The notes: generated by a model not told the origin, from the sequence alone. A stretch of 64,000 nucleotides of DNA from Phoronis australis (GCA_002633005.1 NMRA01000511.1:77716-141715); one strand, 5' to 3'; positions 26,290 to 40,248 are shown, numbered from the stretch's first letter. Made by a program: numbers and translations.

Positions 26290-27690
26290 GTGGAATCTTT
26301 ATTATTGCTAAAGCTTGACACATATTTGTTAAGACTCCTATCAGACAACTGGAGAAAATATTTTTTTTTCAGTTCATTAGGTGTAACAGAAAGATAGAAT
26401 AGACAATGCTTCAGAATTATAAAAGTTGTCTCAACATAATTCATCTATTTTCATTTGTTAACGCTCTTAAAGCAAAATGGCTAAAAAAGATTGTAGATGG
26501 ACAAATTAATTTGGCCTGGATAGAAGTTATAGATGTTTTGCAGAATTAAAGTCAAACTGACGTTGAAAAAATGTTCAACGGAGGAAAAATGTTAGCTCAG
26601 TCCACAGGGAATCCGTTTTGGAAGGATATGTTTGTTTCAAAATATGAGTTGTTAAACGAAATCAAAGAAGAGGACAGGATACCGTCCCTTCCTTTATGGC
26701 ATAACAAAAGTTCAAATTGGAGGAAACCTAATATATTACCCTACTTCGAATGAAAACGGTGTGATATTCTTAGGTGATTTATTTGACGAAAACGGAAATT
26801 TCTTGTCACACAACAGTTTTCTAGACAAATTTGGGTTTAAACCCTTTTTACACTCTATTGAAGATTGAAAAATTGCTTGAAATCAACTTTCAGAAGTATA
26901 ACGTTTTCAAGTGCAAAAGTGTCTCAACCAGTTATCCCACAACTTTATTCGCAAATTTGGTGAAAAATTCGAAAGGTAATCGTGATATATACGATATTTT
27001 TGACAACTTTGTTTCAAAAAACAAAAGGATTAGAAAAACTGGAAAATACTCTTGCTTTTGCAAGATTAATGACCGTATGGAATTTATGTTTTCAATCTTC
27101 TGTTTTTGTACTTCAGACGGTTTCAAATGAGAATTGTACACAGAATTTTAGCAACAAATAACTGTTTAACGCGAAGTGGTATTTCTACAACTGACCATGT
27201 ACCTTTTGTACGAATGAAAGTTTAGAACATTTGTTTTAGGAGTGCACTTTTGTTAAGTCTTTTTGGAAAAGATTAGCTGAATATTACTGTATATCAATGC
27301 AAAACGTTCATGTATCCATAGATTTTCAAGCTGTTGTATTTGGCAAAACTGGAAAAGCGAATGGATGTTGAATCTTTTCATTCTCTTTGCCAAAAAGCAT
27401 ACTGTAGAAAGCTGAAAGTAGAACCTCCATCTACAGTCTGTATAATGCTTTTCACATTTCGAAAAAATATAACTATAATAAAAATGGATTAGGAGACCTA
27501 TTTTTCCAAAGGTGGTCTGGTATTTTCACTTTTTAAAAAGTAATACTGATTAGAAAAGTACATTTGTTTTTTTGGTTTGTAAAATTGAGATTTCTGTGAA
27601 ATCTGTTCTTGTGCGAGTGTGTGTGCGTGTGATGTGTGTTTAGTCATTTGTGTCCTTGTACAGTGTTGCAATAAATGTTGTAAAAAGATT
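26290..27690 (+). mobile_element. Degraded Tx1/L1-type LINE ORF2 3' region
   Basis: Fragments ALKAKWLKKIV, NPFWKD, LPLWHN, FQMRIVHRILATN and a broken zf-RVT-like C..C..LEHLF.EC..VKSFW, with many stops and frameshifts. AATAAA plus an A-rich end near 27670-27690. Confidence 0.75.
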
Positions 27691-28146
27691 GGTCAGCACA
27701 TCAAACTACAAACTGTATCCACACTTACTTTTCCTCCATCAATCATGCCAGTTTGTTTACGTAAAGCGCTACCTGTTGACAATTTGAACAGATGGTTTAA
27801 AAAATCCCGAGGAAAATTAAATGATACCTGCGTGTCCTCTACCACCTAGCGGACACGCAGAGAATCAGCGAGAATAAAACAACATCCTGTGTAAAGCACC
27901 ACCTAGTATACACTGAAGAAGACACCAGGAATGGCAGATGTCGAAAACAAGTTATGTACTACGTTTTGGATGGAAATGAATTTCCTTGTATCAATATTGT
28001 TTGAAGAAATGGGTATTTAGTTGCAGTGTTGTGCAGCGAAAAATTATCAATGTTCGATGTCGTCCAATTTCTTTTGAAAACTGTTGTACTATGAGTCACC
28101 ATATATATGAGTGACGTCAATCCCAAGCTAATAAGTCCGCTATTAC

Positions 28147-28434
28147 CTGACGTTGTCGATCCACCAATCATCATGGATCTTACTTTAGTACCAACTGTTA
28201 CACCTGCCGCTTGTGATAATGTTGCATTTCTTAAGGACCTCGTGGCAGTTTCGGATGACCCTGAAGTACCAACTGTTACATCTTCCGCTTGTGATAATGT
28301 CGTATTTCTTAAGGACCTCGTCGCAGTTTCGGATGACCCTGAAGTCAATGTTGTGGGACTGGGGATCGCAACTGCTTCCATTGTGGATAGTTTGGTCGTC
28401 GTTGCTACAGAGACTGATGCCGTTCCTAAGGATG
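28147..28434 (-). CDS. EGF/FN3/mucin gene, Ser/Thr-rich exon with an internal 72-bp duplication
   Basis: ataactgttttAG...G|GTAATA; 288 nt, phase 1-1; repeated 24-aa unit TSGSSETATRSLRN(T/A)TLSQA..VTVG. Confidence 0.72.
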
Positions 28435-31009
28435 CTAAAACAGTTATAAAGGAACTGGAAATTACTGGCTGCACTAGACTGACGTGCGTTCGGTAGACGC
28501 TACTACCTACGCTAGGACCTAGTCAAAGTCACGTGTTCTTTAAAATACACGACAATATCTCATGTAATCTCGCGAAGTCTTGCTTTTTAGCGAGGTCCTA
28601 GCGTTACTGAACGGGAGGCTACCTACCGGTCAAGCGGCTAAGACATCTGATTGGTCTGTAATCCGGAAGTTGTCATCAAGAACCACTCAGACTTCTTAGC
28701 CACTCATGACCCAGCGGAGTCAATCAAGTACATCCACTGCTTAGTTTGCTGCATTTACTGTGATTTGTGGGCCTGCACTTTGACGCCTTTGGAAAGAGCA
28801 TCGTCTGTTCTGAGCTATTATGACCTCTAGATTGTTCTCACAGAGAAAATACATTAGAAGATCTGCACATAAAACCAAAGTTCTTCCATCCCACAACTCG
28901 AGTGACTTCATGCCAGCCGGATGTCCAGTGACCATTAAGGTGAAATCATCGCCGATGCATCGTTGGGTTTTGTTACTTGACAGCAAATACCTTAGTTAAG
29001 GAGCCAAGTAGTAAACAGGGTTTTTCTTCTCTACAAATGTCAGTAAAATAACACGTGCTTATTGCAGCATTCTAAGGACACTGCTCTATGCTTTATTTAT
29101 GTCAATCGGTTAGACCATTCTATCACGAAATGTTTGCAAAAAGCTTGGTTGAAAGTTTGTATATAGAGGACAATCTTGTCCAGGAGTTGTGCTTGGCTGA
29201 AACGTTACCTTTTTAACCTTTAAGGTTGTCAATTATCATCTTGAACCTTTGTAAGTTGTTTGGTTTCTGTCATCATTACAAAATTAACCTCCAATCTGGG
29301 TTAATGTCCTGGTCGACTTTATAAAACGTATCCTGGACATATGCAAACCATTTTAATGATAAATTTAGGCGATTTCTTTATGCCGCTGAACTGCCAAACT
29401 CTTCAGTTAGACGTAACAAGGAAAACAGAGGACATCAAGAAGAAAGCCATGGGCTATACTACGGAATTAAAGCTTCAGTCAAGGGTACCAGAGTGCTTGT
29501 GTGGAAACCACAGGGACCATACAGTAGCTTTAAGTGTTTCATGGTACACGTACATGTATGGTATTAGTTTTGATACTGGTTAACTTCATCTGGAATTACA
29601 ATATCACTTTATCTTGAATACTCTGTATTGTAATACTGGTTAGTAAAGGTGATTGTTATGCAACGGTCATACACAAATGTGTATTTAATGAGAAATTAGA
29701 TGGTGCATTACACTATTATTAGACTTGAGTTAGCAATTCATTATGAATTGTAGATTCACAGTGAAATTAGTCATATTGGAAATAATCTATCAGCAGCAGT
29801 GAATGAATGGTTATACTACAGTGATGTCTTTATTTCGCATAAGCACTATTACCTATAATAAGTGAAAACATTGTAGCTATTGTTTTATTACACTAAGTTG
29901 CCATCCTTGCAGATCTCCGTCACGAACATCATAACCATGTACATGTGTACATGTCGTACAAGTACTCTTCGTATCCAAGTGAAGCTCAATGGTTCGTTGG
30001 AACACGTTTCTCAGCCAGGGTCGACCGCCCACCATGTTAAAGATGAAATGAACAACAATCACACACCAATGCCATTTTACACGTATATGCCCTGGCACTT
30101 AACTTTCTCATAATTTCCGATATTCTCGTTAAAAGTTTCATTAGCCCTGTTTTGGTGATTTCAACACATTCCCATTCTGCCACCAGATTATGGGTCATGC
30201 ATGGGCGTCTTACATGAACAATAAAAACAGGATTCGGTTAAAGTGTCATAATCGCCGTGCCACAGATTTTACATTATGATTCTTTGTGGGTGTTCTCAGT
30301 ACTCTACAATATTTCGCTTAAAACACGGGTCACGTCTGCCTGTCGAGCAAATATGAAAGGAGATTCAAATTTTGTTTAAAACTTTTGAGGGTTGTGAATA
30401 TGTGACACACACACANGTCAGCTACTACACGCACCCGCGTTCTTCGATTTTTGTCTTTGTAATAACATTTGTGTGTCTCGTCGCACCTACATGTACCTCG
30501 GCCATATTGCCTAAGATATTGTTAGTTCGCTCAAAGACAACGCAAATGTCCCTAACAAGTGATTATATTCGCCAGCACAATAAACGTGAACAGTCCACCA
30601 ATATGGACGCTCTGGAACGCACCTCCAGCCAGTGGGGAGAGGTTAAACACCAGAGACGCCTGGCGGCTAATACAAAGCTTAACACCAACAGGTATTAACT
30701 TATGTGTATGAAATTCACATGCATGTTGCAATGCAATGTATTGACGGGAGTAGTTTGGTTGGTAGGCTTGTGGTCGTATCTGCAGTACTTCATTAATCAC
30801 AAAGTTGTCGTCACCAAACAGCATGGTCCACTCGAATCTTCAAATCTCGAAGTCAGACAAAAATTAAAAAATGAATTTTCGAGTTTTGAAAGAGCAAAGC
30901 AATCAACATACCACTGACGCCAAAATACTAAGAGTAATACAGGCAAGGATCACAAAAACACACTTATGGCTGGTAAACAGGCTGATAGGGTAAATTATAG
31001 GCTGCATAC

Positions 31010-31218
31010 CTTCACAATTCGGAATCTTGACAACTTCTGATTGGTTTCCAGGACGACCAATAATTTTCTTGTCGTCCTCTTCCCTGTTAGCCACCACACG
31101 AAACACCAGTGACGTCATTTCCGGTATGTTCGTCACTGTATAAGAGTATTGATCCTGTGAACCTCTTTGGGTTATATCAATGATATCACGCCATTGGCTT
31201 GTGTCGTTTTGTTGCAGC
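31010..31218 (-). CDS. EGF/FN3/mucin gene exon (second half of FN3)
   Basis: LQQNDTSQWRDII...YSYTVTNIPEMTSLVFRVVANRE...GRPGNQSEVVKIPNCE; phase 2 to 1; donor G|GTATGC. Confidence 0.85.
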
Positions 31219-32407
31219 CTACAAAAGTGCTGTATTTTGTCACAGCTGATGCGTTGCAAAAATCGACTTAGACCTGTTACGGTATTGAAACTTTGACCCA
31301 ACACGGTCCTTACTTGGATTGAAGCAATTTCATGGCTTACAAAGAACTAACAATCGAATAGCAAGCACTAGTATGTTATCGGTGCGATCCAAGTCCAGAA
31401 ACACCTTCCATTCTCAATAAGGAATTTTATGACCTCAAGTGATGTCCTAAAATAGAAGGCGATTTTATGGTATATCTAATACTAAAATATCTCTCACATT
31501 CTCAAACATTTCTACCACAATGCCTTACAACCAACCTGCAGGGACAGTGCACTGAAACACACTATCTTTTTTCGTACCATAACACCCTCTATCGACATTC
31601 TGGTAACAACGTTAACAACAATTCTTGAGTTCAGTTACCAAGGGAATTAAACAAGGCAAATCGGCGAATAACATGAGTCACACGGGTAGGTATCGTGAGC
31701 AGATACATTCTAGTCAAGTGAAATAAAAAATAACATACGTGACATTTTTAAGATGGTCTTTCTGATTCGTTTTAGTTGAAACCATCATGTAACGGATTTT
31801 AACGTAATACAGTCCAGTCAAAACTTAATGCTCATCTAACACAACTTCCAATATTTTAAAGCTTAATATGAATTTTAGGCCAATTTTCATGTTTAGTGGT
31901 GCACGCTGACTCGTGCATTATGGGTACTCACTCAGCTGATGCCATATGAACTGAGGTTTCCGCGGAAACTACACTCAACAAAAAAAAAAAAATATTAAAA
32001 AGGCAAGCGCAAACAGGGCAGCTACGAAATTTATAAATTTTAGTGATACCTTTCGACTGACGATACTCAGCTTGTGTTCTAAGTTGGAGACTGTGAAGGA
32101 AAGGGTATACTTAAAACTACCAGTTATTTTAGACAGTGTCAGTTCAGGCTACCAAAAAACACGGCTCACGCGCTCATGAATCTAGCCCCGGACTTACGAA
32201 CACTACTCACGAACCTATAAACTCAGTTCGGTAAAATAATAACTTCAGTTTGTAGTAGGAACTGTACGCCTAGGTTTGGAATTTTGTTAAGAGATGTAGT
32301 GCACGTATGTGTGATGTGCACCATAGTCATTGGGCATAACCCGACTCTATAAATACATTAATTTGAATTCAGTTATAGTTTTCTACTTTTGGTCTTCCTG
32401 TACGTAC

Positions 32408-32528
32408 GTGTATCCATGCAACGGGGGGTCTCCAATATCGATCTGATATCTCCAAGCCAGCCACGTGACAATGACTGAAGAGCACGTGACGTTGGACACA
32501 AGCGGCGCAGAAAGTAGTCTTGGAAGAC
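32408..32528 (-). CDS. EGF/FN3/mucin gene exon (first half of FN3)
   Basis: LPRLLSAPLVSNVTCSSVIVTWLAWRYQIDIGDPPLHGY; phase 1 to 2; frame not in the ORF track. Confidence 0.85.
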
Positions 32529-33309
32529 CTAAACCGAATGAGAAGAATTACCAATAACAGTAGCATTGAGACCACTGTACTTACGTTCACTCATTACTAT
32601 ATTCCTGTGTGCTGTAAATCCGCATTAGGTCAAAAACGGGCATTAAATTCAGGTTACTTCCCGTTGTTTAAAGCTATTTTAAACAAATACAATGCTTCAG
32701 AAACCTTTAGATGTGTTTTTAAACATGGGTAAATTAGGTACATGTTCAAATTGAGCCAATTTTTGAAAGATTAAAAGATAACGTTTGAAAGAGGCAGATT
32801 CATAGATGCTCCAAGCACTTAACAGACCCTCCAATACGTATCTGTAACGCCCTTCCATTGGGAATGTATTTTGATTCTAAAACAAGCACGAGGTTGAAAC
32901 ACGCACGTGCTCAACCCAGCAGATGCCTTATTCAACTGAAATAAACGTTTACCAACATGTTCTCGTTACATGTTCGCGAGTGTGTACAATGCCACTCTTT
33001 ACGAAACATGGACACACCAAAAGCATTAGTGCATACACTCTACAAATATATAGAATCTTTTCTAGCCATTTATTGACATATAACAAAGGGACTTCAGTGT
33101 TTGTAATTCCTTAATATACGGCGACTATCAGCTCATAGTCGCCAAAATAACAATTTTTCATTTCTCAAATGCCGAATGTAAATGCTATTAATAACAGAAA
33201 CTTTACCAGTTCTGCCTAATCTGCTCAGAACAAGCCATGCTCGTGACAAACCAAACTGTTCAAAAGTTTCACACTGAAATTTAAGCAAAAAATCGAAGCT
33301 TTTGTACTA

Positions 33310-33829
33310 CAAAATAGGCCCGCAGTAGCACCGAGCAAGAACCTCAGTGGAAATGCCATTGCCGACAAGCACCTCAATAACACCGCCAAATTTTCTAGAA
33401 TTGCTCCCTGGCTCCGCAGTGCTCCTTTGGTAGTGCAGTGGTATCATCGTCATAAACGCAGTAGAACCGTAGGGTCGCCAGTCTACGTTTTCGGTGATTG
33501 CACGACGGTTGTACTGCGGAAGCACGGCGGTGATTGAAATGCTTGTGCGGTCCTTGTACGGTGCCTGGCGGCCATGACGGTGTCGTGGCGATCCCACTGC
33601 GGATTGGCCCAACCCGCGGTGTCACTGCGGAAATTTTGAACATGTTCAAAGTTTCCGCTGTGCCACTGCGGAGGTCCGCGGTTTTCACAGTTTTCCACGG
33701 TGCTACGGCGATCAATGGCGGAACCATTGCGGAACCATTGCGGAACCAAGGCGATCATGGAGGTGCCATAGCGCTTTATGTCGTACAAGCACCGCAGTGG
33801 CATCGCACCTCTGATGTGACGGGGGTATG
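33310..33829. repeat. GC-rich interspersed repeat (MITE-like)
   Basis: Abrupt GC-rich block with recurrent c(a/c)(c/t)tgcgg / ccgcagt motifs ending in tgtgacgggggtat. It produces overlapping spurious ORFs on both strands. Confidence 0.55.
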
Positions 33830-34240
33830 AAGTTTAGCACTATATCTGTGTGAAGTGGTCTAAGCGGTATTTATTCGTGTGCAACACGTGCAAAAATCTT
33901 TTCATTCAATGCATGTGCTTCCTGATTCACCGGAGGTCCATTTGCACAGGCTTTGACACAGAGATGGCATGTACATGGTGATCTGTACAACCAAAATTGC
34001 AATTATTCAACCAGGTCCACCAACTCCACTGTTTCCAATTTGACATCCACACAAAACTATGTACGACAGGAGTTGACACAGTTATCAGATTTGTGCCTCT
34101 GGTAGGGAACTACCAGTTCCTAGAATTAGGTAAATAGACCAATTCTTAATTTTAAGGTAAGCAATAAAACAGCTCCCTTACTATATAGAATTTGAGAAGT
34201 TGAGCAATTACTTGAGTATCAGCGCGAAAGCAACTCTTAC

Positions 34241-34375
34241 GTGTCTGGCAACCGGATCCGGTCCAGTCTACGTGACATGCGCCGTCGCACTGGCCGTTGA
34301 TGTGGATGCAAGTGAGACTGGACTGACAATGACACAGAAATTTGCAGTTCAGTCCGAAGGTGCCGGGAGCACATT
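34241..34375 (-). CDS. EGF/FN3/mucin gene exon (8-Cys MEGF/Tie-type EGF-like repeat)
   Basis: CAPGTFGLNCKFLCHCQSSLTCIHINGQCDGACHVDWTGSGCQT; 135 nt, phase 1-1. Confidence 0.9.
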
Positions 34376-34921
34376 CTGAAGGAAACAATAAACGCTACAC
34401 AAACGTAACAAGTATTCGTCAAAGTTACACATTAACTAGTATCAGACTTATAAGCCAAACAGGGCTGGGGCTGTATTGCATAAAAGGTAATAATTGTTTT
34501 TGTATTGCATGCTGTGAGGTTTCCATGCCGCTATAAATAATAAATATATTATCTAAGAGAATCAAGTCATCTGAGCTTGTCCGTCAACAGCAAAAAAATT
34601 AACTTATTGACACATTTTCCGTACACCATTTCCAACAAATGCTTATGATTTAAAACACTATCAACATGAAGAAAACAACACGCAAGTCGGTTGAAATTAG
34701 AACGTATCCTAATATTGGTTCTTAAGATCTTTTAAGCTATAAATCAAGCATTTGGTTTGCGGTATTAGTAACAACATAAACGATATAAAACATATATTAC
34801 GAAAAATTATAATCTTAGTCTTGAATTAACCTTTTATGATGCACTAAGCGGAACACCTGTACATGTATGCTTGTAACTGTGAAAATGTAAAGAAAACAAG
34901 AAACTATTTGAAAAGACACAC

Positions 34922-35053
34922 TAGTTTGACACTGCGGTGGACTTATGTATCCCGCGGCGCAAAGCATGTCTGTACATCCGGTGGCGCTGCAAGCACCCTT
35001 ATTGAAGCAATGGCAAGGTTTACACGGAGACCCGAAGAATCCGGCATCGCACA
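34922..35053 (-). CDS. EGF/FN3/mucin gene exon (8-Cys EGF-like repeat)
   Basis: CDAGFFGSPCKPCHCFNKGACSATGCTDMLCAAGYISPPQCQT; 132 nt, phase 1-1. Confidence 0.85.
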
Positions 35054-36448
35054 CTGAAATTAACAACACAAGGAATATTTAAATACCTAGGTCACACAAA
35101 AGTATCATTGTGTTGGTGTAGTTTTTGGTAAGATCTCCCTTGAATTCGCTCTGTTAAACGGTGAGTTATCGCCTTTCTTTACACAAATGTATGGAAATAT
35201 AGTGTTGAGTGTTTCAAAGGGCAAAGCCATGTTCACTGCCTCTACATTTCATTGATTTATTACATTTTGATATCTTCTATGTTAGCTGAAGCCTTGACCT
35301 ATTCAACGATCTGTGGGACTTTAAAAATATATAGCTAGTTTTCCTAGTAGAAATACATGTGCATGAACATTCAGTTATGTGAAAAATATTGAATGTGGAC
35401 CTTTTACTAAAAACGTGCACCTTTTACAAAAATGGCTCAGAGCTGTGACTTATGCACTCGCCAAATTTTGGTAGTTTCTGCCTTTTTAGTAGATCTTTTT
35501 TCGTTTTCACGGGAGGAGCAAACTGGAGGAAGGTCTTTTGTTGAGAATGGCGGCCGAGTTTTCGATTTTTCAGTAGAACCATTACAACTAATACACTTTT
35601 CTCGGGGATCACATAGAACAATAAAGTTGCAGCAACAACGCAGCGCCATGTTGTTGTCTTGTCGCGTGTCAAAAGATTGAAATTATATGGAGCGTACGCA
35701 TTGCCGTTACGGTGCTCACGATTGTTCGCCAACGGGAATAGGAAAACAAGTTCCGTGAACATAGGACATTGCAATCAAAGTGCTGGGAATGTGTTTTTCT
35801 ATACCATCATTCCTAGAAGTTGGTGCGGTATTGGTTACGATGTGTTGTTGAGAATTTGGCGTTCATTATAAGTTAAATTGACGTGCTGCCAATAATTTTA
35901 ATAAAGTTGTTACTTTTACAACACTGTCTTCCTCATCACAAGCCTGTCCTTTCCATTTCGTATCCGCCTTTCCTATTTTGGGACCGTCTTTCCATTTGAA
36001 GTCCCCTCCTTTCACCCAAGGTCCCTGCATGGCCAGTCGCGTTTTCCGTAGACATGAAACCCACGCGAAAATGCAAGGCTTCGCGAGATACCGCTTTATC
36101 ATTACACGAAAAGCACGTGATCATACTACTGCCCTCGCGAGATTCTTCTTCTGTTAGCCTGAACTCAACCAAGGGTCCCGTTTAATAAATTTTTGTCTGT
36201 TCAAATGTAAACCAAAATCGCCGGGAATAACTCCAATTGCAGAATACACGGGCAATGAATTGCAACTACGTGTACTCTGACCCAAAAAATGCAATTGGTC
36301 CAATCCCAAGCTCACTGGAAGCGCTGGGTTATCATAAATCCGCCATTGTGGGGGGTTATAATATAGTAAATTCGCCATTGATGGGTTGGATAATAATGAT
36401 TCTGCAGTGGACTGTCCTTGGCCATCTTGCAGTTACCACTAGACTTAC

Positions 36449-36613
36449 CTATAGGTGTCTTTGTTGGTTGTGATGATGCATTTCTTAAGGACCTCCTGAC
36501 AATTGCGAAGGAGTCTGCGGAAGTTAACGTTGAGTGACTGTGCATCTCACCTGCTTTCGCTGTTGATAACTTGATTGCCGTTGTCAAAGAGCCTATCGCA
36601 GTTTGGAATGTCA
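36449..36613 (-). CDS. EGF/FN3/mucin gene, Ser/Thr-rich exon paralogous to 28147-28434
   Basis: ataactgtttcAG...G|GTAAGT; 165 nt, phase 1-1; shares KLST and RSLRN motifs with the 28 kb exon. Confidence 0.6.
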
Positions 36614-37738
36614 CTGAAACAGTTATTCAGGAACTGGGCCTCAATGCTGATGTTGAATTCCCTGCGGTTAACTTAGTTGGCACCATAGACATCTGAATAC
36701 TATGGTTAGCGCTATGTATTGACCGTTACTACTTTCGTCTGTTTCCGTACTGTACGGTTCCGTGCAAACCAAATTTGTAATGGATGAACTGTTTTGGTGA
36801 CCCGCCAACTTTTAAAGCCCCGTACTACTCACTGTCATTTTGGTAATCTTCGCTATTGCATTTCCGTTCATTTCCTTCACAACATATTCCGCGTTTACGT
36901 TTAAGTTTATGTTTGGCTCAGGCGTATTATGTACAGCCTAAGAAATGGCATACACTGTATTATGAATCCGTGGTACATCATATAATAGTTATAAACACAT
37001 TCGTTTCTTGGTATACACACAGACAATGCAAGACAAAGGTAACATGCGCACGTAAATCTAAACATGTTACGGGCGATGTCCTCAAAGAATCGGGTCCAAG
37101 CATGCGCCAAGTTCGGCTTTTAATGGTTGTAGTTCACTTACAATATGACAACAGAATGTGAGGTGAAATAAGACAGCTCATAACTGCAGGTAGGCTACGC
37201 CTTTAACTGTCCGTGTGTCTTCATAGCTAGAGTACCAGTACGCCTTCATTGCTGTCGGTGCTTCTTCGCCAGCGCACTTCGTATATCGCAAATGTGAAAT
37301 CACGTGAAAACTGAGATGATTTCCCAAATCTCTGGATACATGTACAAAACGTTCCGAGAGTGGCGTACATGAAGTAATATCCCACGAGACATTATTCCGC
37401 GTATCGACCGAGACAACAAAAACCAAACTGACAAAGCTATTGGTAACACAAAATGTAACAAATCTAGATGCAAAATGTGTAACTTTATCAACAACAATGC
37501 TTTCTTCCAGTCTTCTCAAACCAATGAACACTTCGAAATAAAACATTATTCTGACTGGACACCAACAATACCATTTACCTAATAAAATGTAGAAAATGTC
37601 CCATTCAGTAAATAGGACAACTCAACATAATCGACAAACTCGGTTTCCCAATCATAGGTTTAACTAGCCTGCCAGCTAGCGGTATGAAGACTTGTCTATA
37701 TATCGTCAAAATACAGCCAGGTGCTAGTGTGTGTGTTA

Positions 37739-38523
37739 CAGTCAAGTGACCTAATTATCGGACGTTTTGGCACATTTTGCATTATATTTAAATGAAAATA
37801 CTACGGATTGTTGTAAATTCTTTGCTGAAATAAAGACTTATCTTTACGAAATTGTTCTGTTACTATATCTTGTCACCGAAGGCCACATTTATGTCTCGGC
37901 TGATCTTAAAAAAAAACTAGCTAACCTTCGGAGACCCTAAATATCGGACACCATGTTTCCCCATACGCCACACCACGGAAAACTGACTAACCAAGTAATG
38001 GCCGCGGGCAGCTTGTAGCCAAATTTCAGCTCGAGTGTTTTGACATATATTCTGCTAGAACACAGCTCCATTCGCAACAAAATTATCCAAAAAATGAAAT
38101 CTGATGAGAGCGCCAAGACCTTCCGATGAATCAGTGCAGACGACTAAAGCCCGTGCAAACTCACTTCAGTTTTTAGTATCTCTTTGCCTTCTTGATATGA
38201 GTTTAAGAACAAATAAAAAAAAGAAACAGTGACATATTGTCAGTTCAACGAGATGATTTCATTGTGGAAAAAGATATTGTTTTCGACATTTGTAAACGAT
38301 TTATACGATCGTCCATTTTAGGCCGACTTGGGGATCTAAATTGCACCCTCTCTCGGTGAAATCAAAACGAGGCAGCGCTAGAAAAAACGAGACAGTGCCG
38401 GATACTGAATGCATTACAGCGGAACAAAAATTGGTGTCTTTTATTTCTCAGATTATGCTTCAAGTAAGATTTTATGTAACGTCCGGTACTTAGGATCCGT
38501 CCGATAATTAGGTACAATATGCG
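37739..38523. mobile_element. Tc1/mariner-pogo-type MITE
   Basis: TA-flanked. The 16-bp perfect inverted core acctaattatcggacg / cgtccgataattaggt lies 10 bp inside each end. Confidence 0.65.
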
Positions 38524-39224
38524 TAATCTTCCATAGACCCCGAAATTGCACACAGCCAGGGTACTTCTGCGCGTCATCTCGCGGTGAAACTTGTGATAGC
38601 ATGTAGAGCTCAACTGACAGGGTGCATGCAAAATCTGGAAATCAACCGACACTCAACTTGCCCGTTACAGCTGTTTAAGTGAAAAACAATATAATAAACG
38701 TCATTTTCTGGCGCAATTCTTCGCCTTTTGTAACAAAGATGAGCCTGTCTTCGTTTTGAAAACATTTCGCTCGTGACACGCACACGCAGCATTTCCAACA
38801 TCTCTCGGCAGATAACGACAGCTTCGCAACAGAAAAAATGTGTTCTGAAATCTGGTTTGCTGGTATTAAAATACTGAAAGCTTGTAACGAAATGAAACCA
38901 CTTTCACTAATTTGTTGTGGCATGTACGCAAGCTCGTGGAATACGAACTTTTGAATGAAGAATGTACAAAACAAAAAAAAAATGGCCAATAGGTGACGCA
39001 ATATTTCATGGTGTCGAAAGCCGACGCATTAGATCGCCCCACAACTTAAGCTGCAGAATAACGATAAAAAGCTAATTTTCAAACACCGGTAAATAATTTA
39101 GTGTACTCATGGTGGGGTGTAGTTTTTAGTGACATTAGTTTTGTGTCAGATTTATCTGGTCAGTTTTTACCAACATCGACGAAAAGCTGTATGTTTAGTA
39201 CACAGCTTTACGCCAAGGCTAAGG

Positions 39225-39420
39225 CTTAACATAATACATAAAAACACTTCTGATGCTATAGGTAATCATTTCAATTCCAAAAGCCATAATCTACAAGATC
39301 TCTTTGTACAAATAATAGAGAAAATCCAATACCCTAGTACCCTCAGACTCAATAGAGAACAATTTTGGATAAATAAGCTTAACACACTTGAACTCAACGG
39401 ATTAAACATAGAGTTCTTAA
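39225..39420 (+). mobile_element. Penelope-like element relic, GIY-YIG endonuclease C-terminus
   Basis: AIGNHFNSKSHNLQDLFVQIIEK...RLNREQFWINKLNTLELNGLN matches the characteristic HF..H / RE..WI..L....GLN end of PLE ORFs. Confidence 0.8.
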
Positions 39421-39541
39421 ATCATATCCTTTACTTTTTCCGCAACAAACTATCATGCTCATTACGCCATATATCAGATGACATTTGTCATATCATGTTT
39501 GATTTTACTTTATTTCTACTGCTGTTGACAAAGGATATATA

Positions 39542-39699
39542 GATTATTACATGACGAAGTCGTTATCTCCCGTTATCTAGAGCCCGAGTGGATTTTGGAG
39601 AATTATCACCTGAGGGGCGTTAGCCCCGAGGGTGATAATTCTTCAAAATCCACGAGGGCTCTAGATAAGGGGGATAACGACTGAGAACATGTAATAATC
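39542..39699. repeat. 158-bp imperfect palindrome (hairpin repeat)
   Basis: gattattacatg..agtcgttatc..ttatctagagccc..gtggatttt..agaattatcacc mirrored around ggggcgttagcccc. Confidence 0.85.
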
Positions 39700-40248
39700 C
39701 ATTTATACCACATACTGAACGAGAAACATTACAATGAATCGATCTACCTTTCTCGACTCGCCTCAGCTTTGTAACTACTTTCTATGTCAGAGGCCCGGGT
39801 CGAAGGTCATGACCTTTTAAGAAAAGCCGAGCTAGTTTTGTCAAATAATGCTTTTACTCAAAACCAATTGAAAATTTAAACAAAATAGAAATAAAATGAA
39901 TTTATAAACTAAGGTTTAGCAACTATTATAGCTTACTACACATTTTATCACGCTAATCTTCGACCGGGAAAATATCGTCTGCTAAAGTAGGTTAACAATA
40001 GTAACTGAGTATAATGCTCAAGTAAAAGGATCCTGACGACACTATACCCGCATTCAAATTGGAAATCGGTGATTCACAAGTGAGAGAACTCTAGAGAAAA
40101 ATTTCCCTGAATTAAAATATCGTTTTTATGGAAATTATGCGTCTTATGTTTCGTAGCGTATAAATGTCGGTGCAATGCCCTTTGCTGGACATGCGAATGT
40201 TGCGCGTGCTCATTTAAGTATTCTATTTTCACGTTCCATGACGTCAGC

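Noticed and set aside
35424-36172. Cys-rich and basic minus-strand ORF fragments
   Set aside because: Fragmented, no recognisable domain or splice pattern; possibly a decayed repeat.
38675-39001. Signal-peptide-like ORF MRHLLAIFFLFCTFF as the start of the EGF/FN3 gene
   Set aside because: The start is TTG rather than ATG, hydrophobicity comes from a T-run in repeat-rich DNA, and there is no suitable donor.
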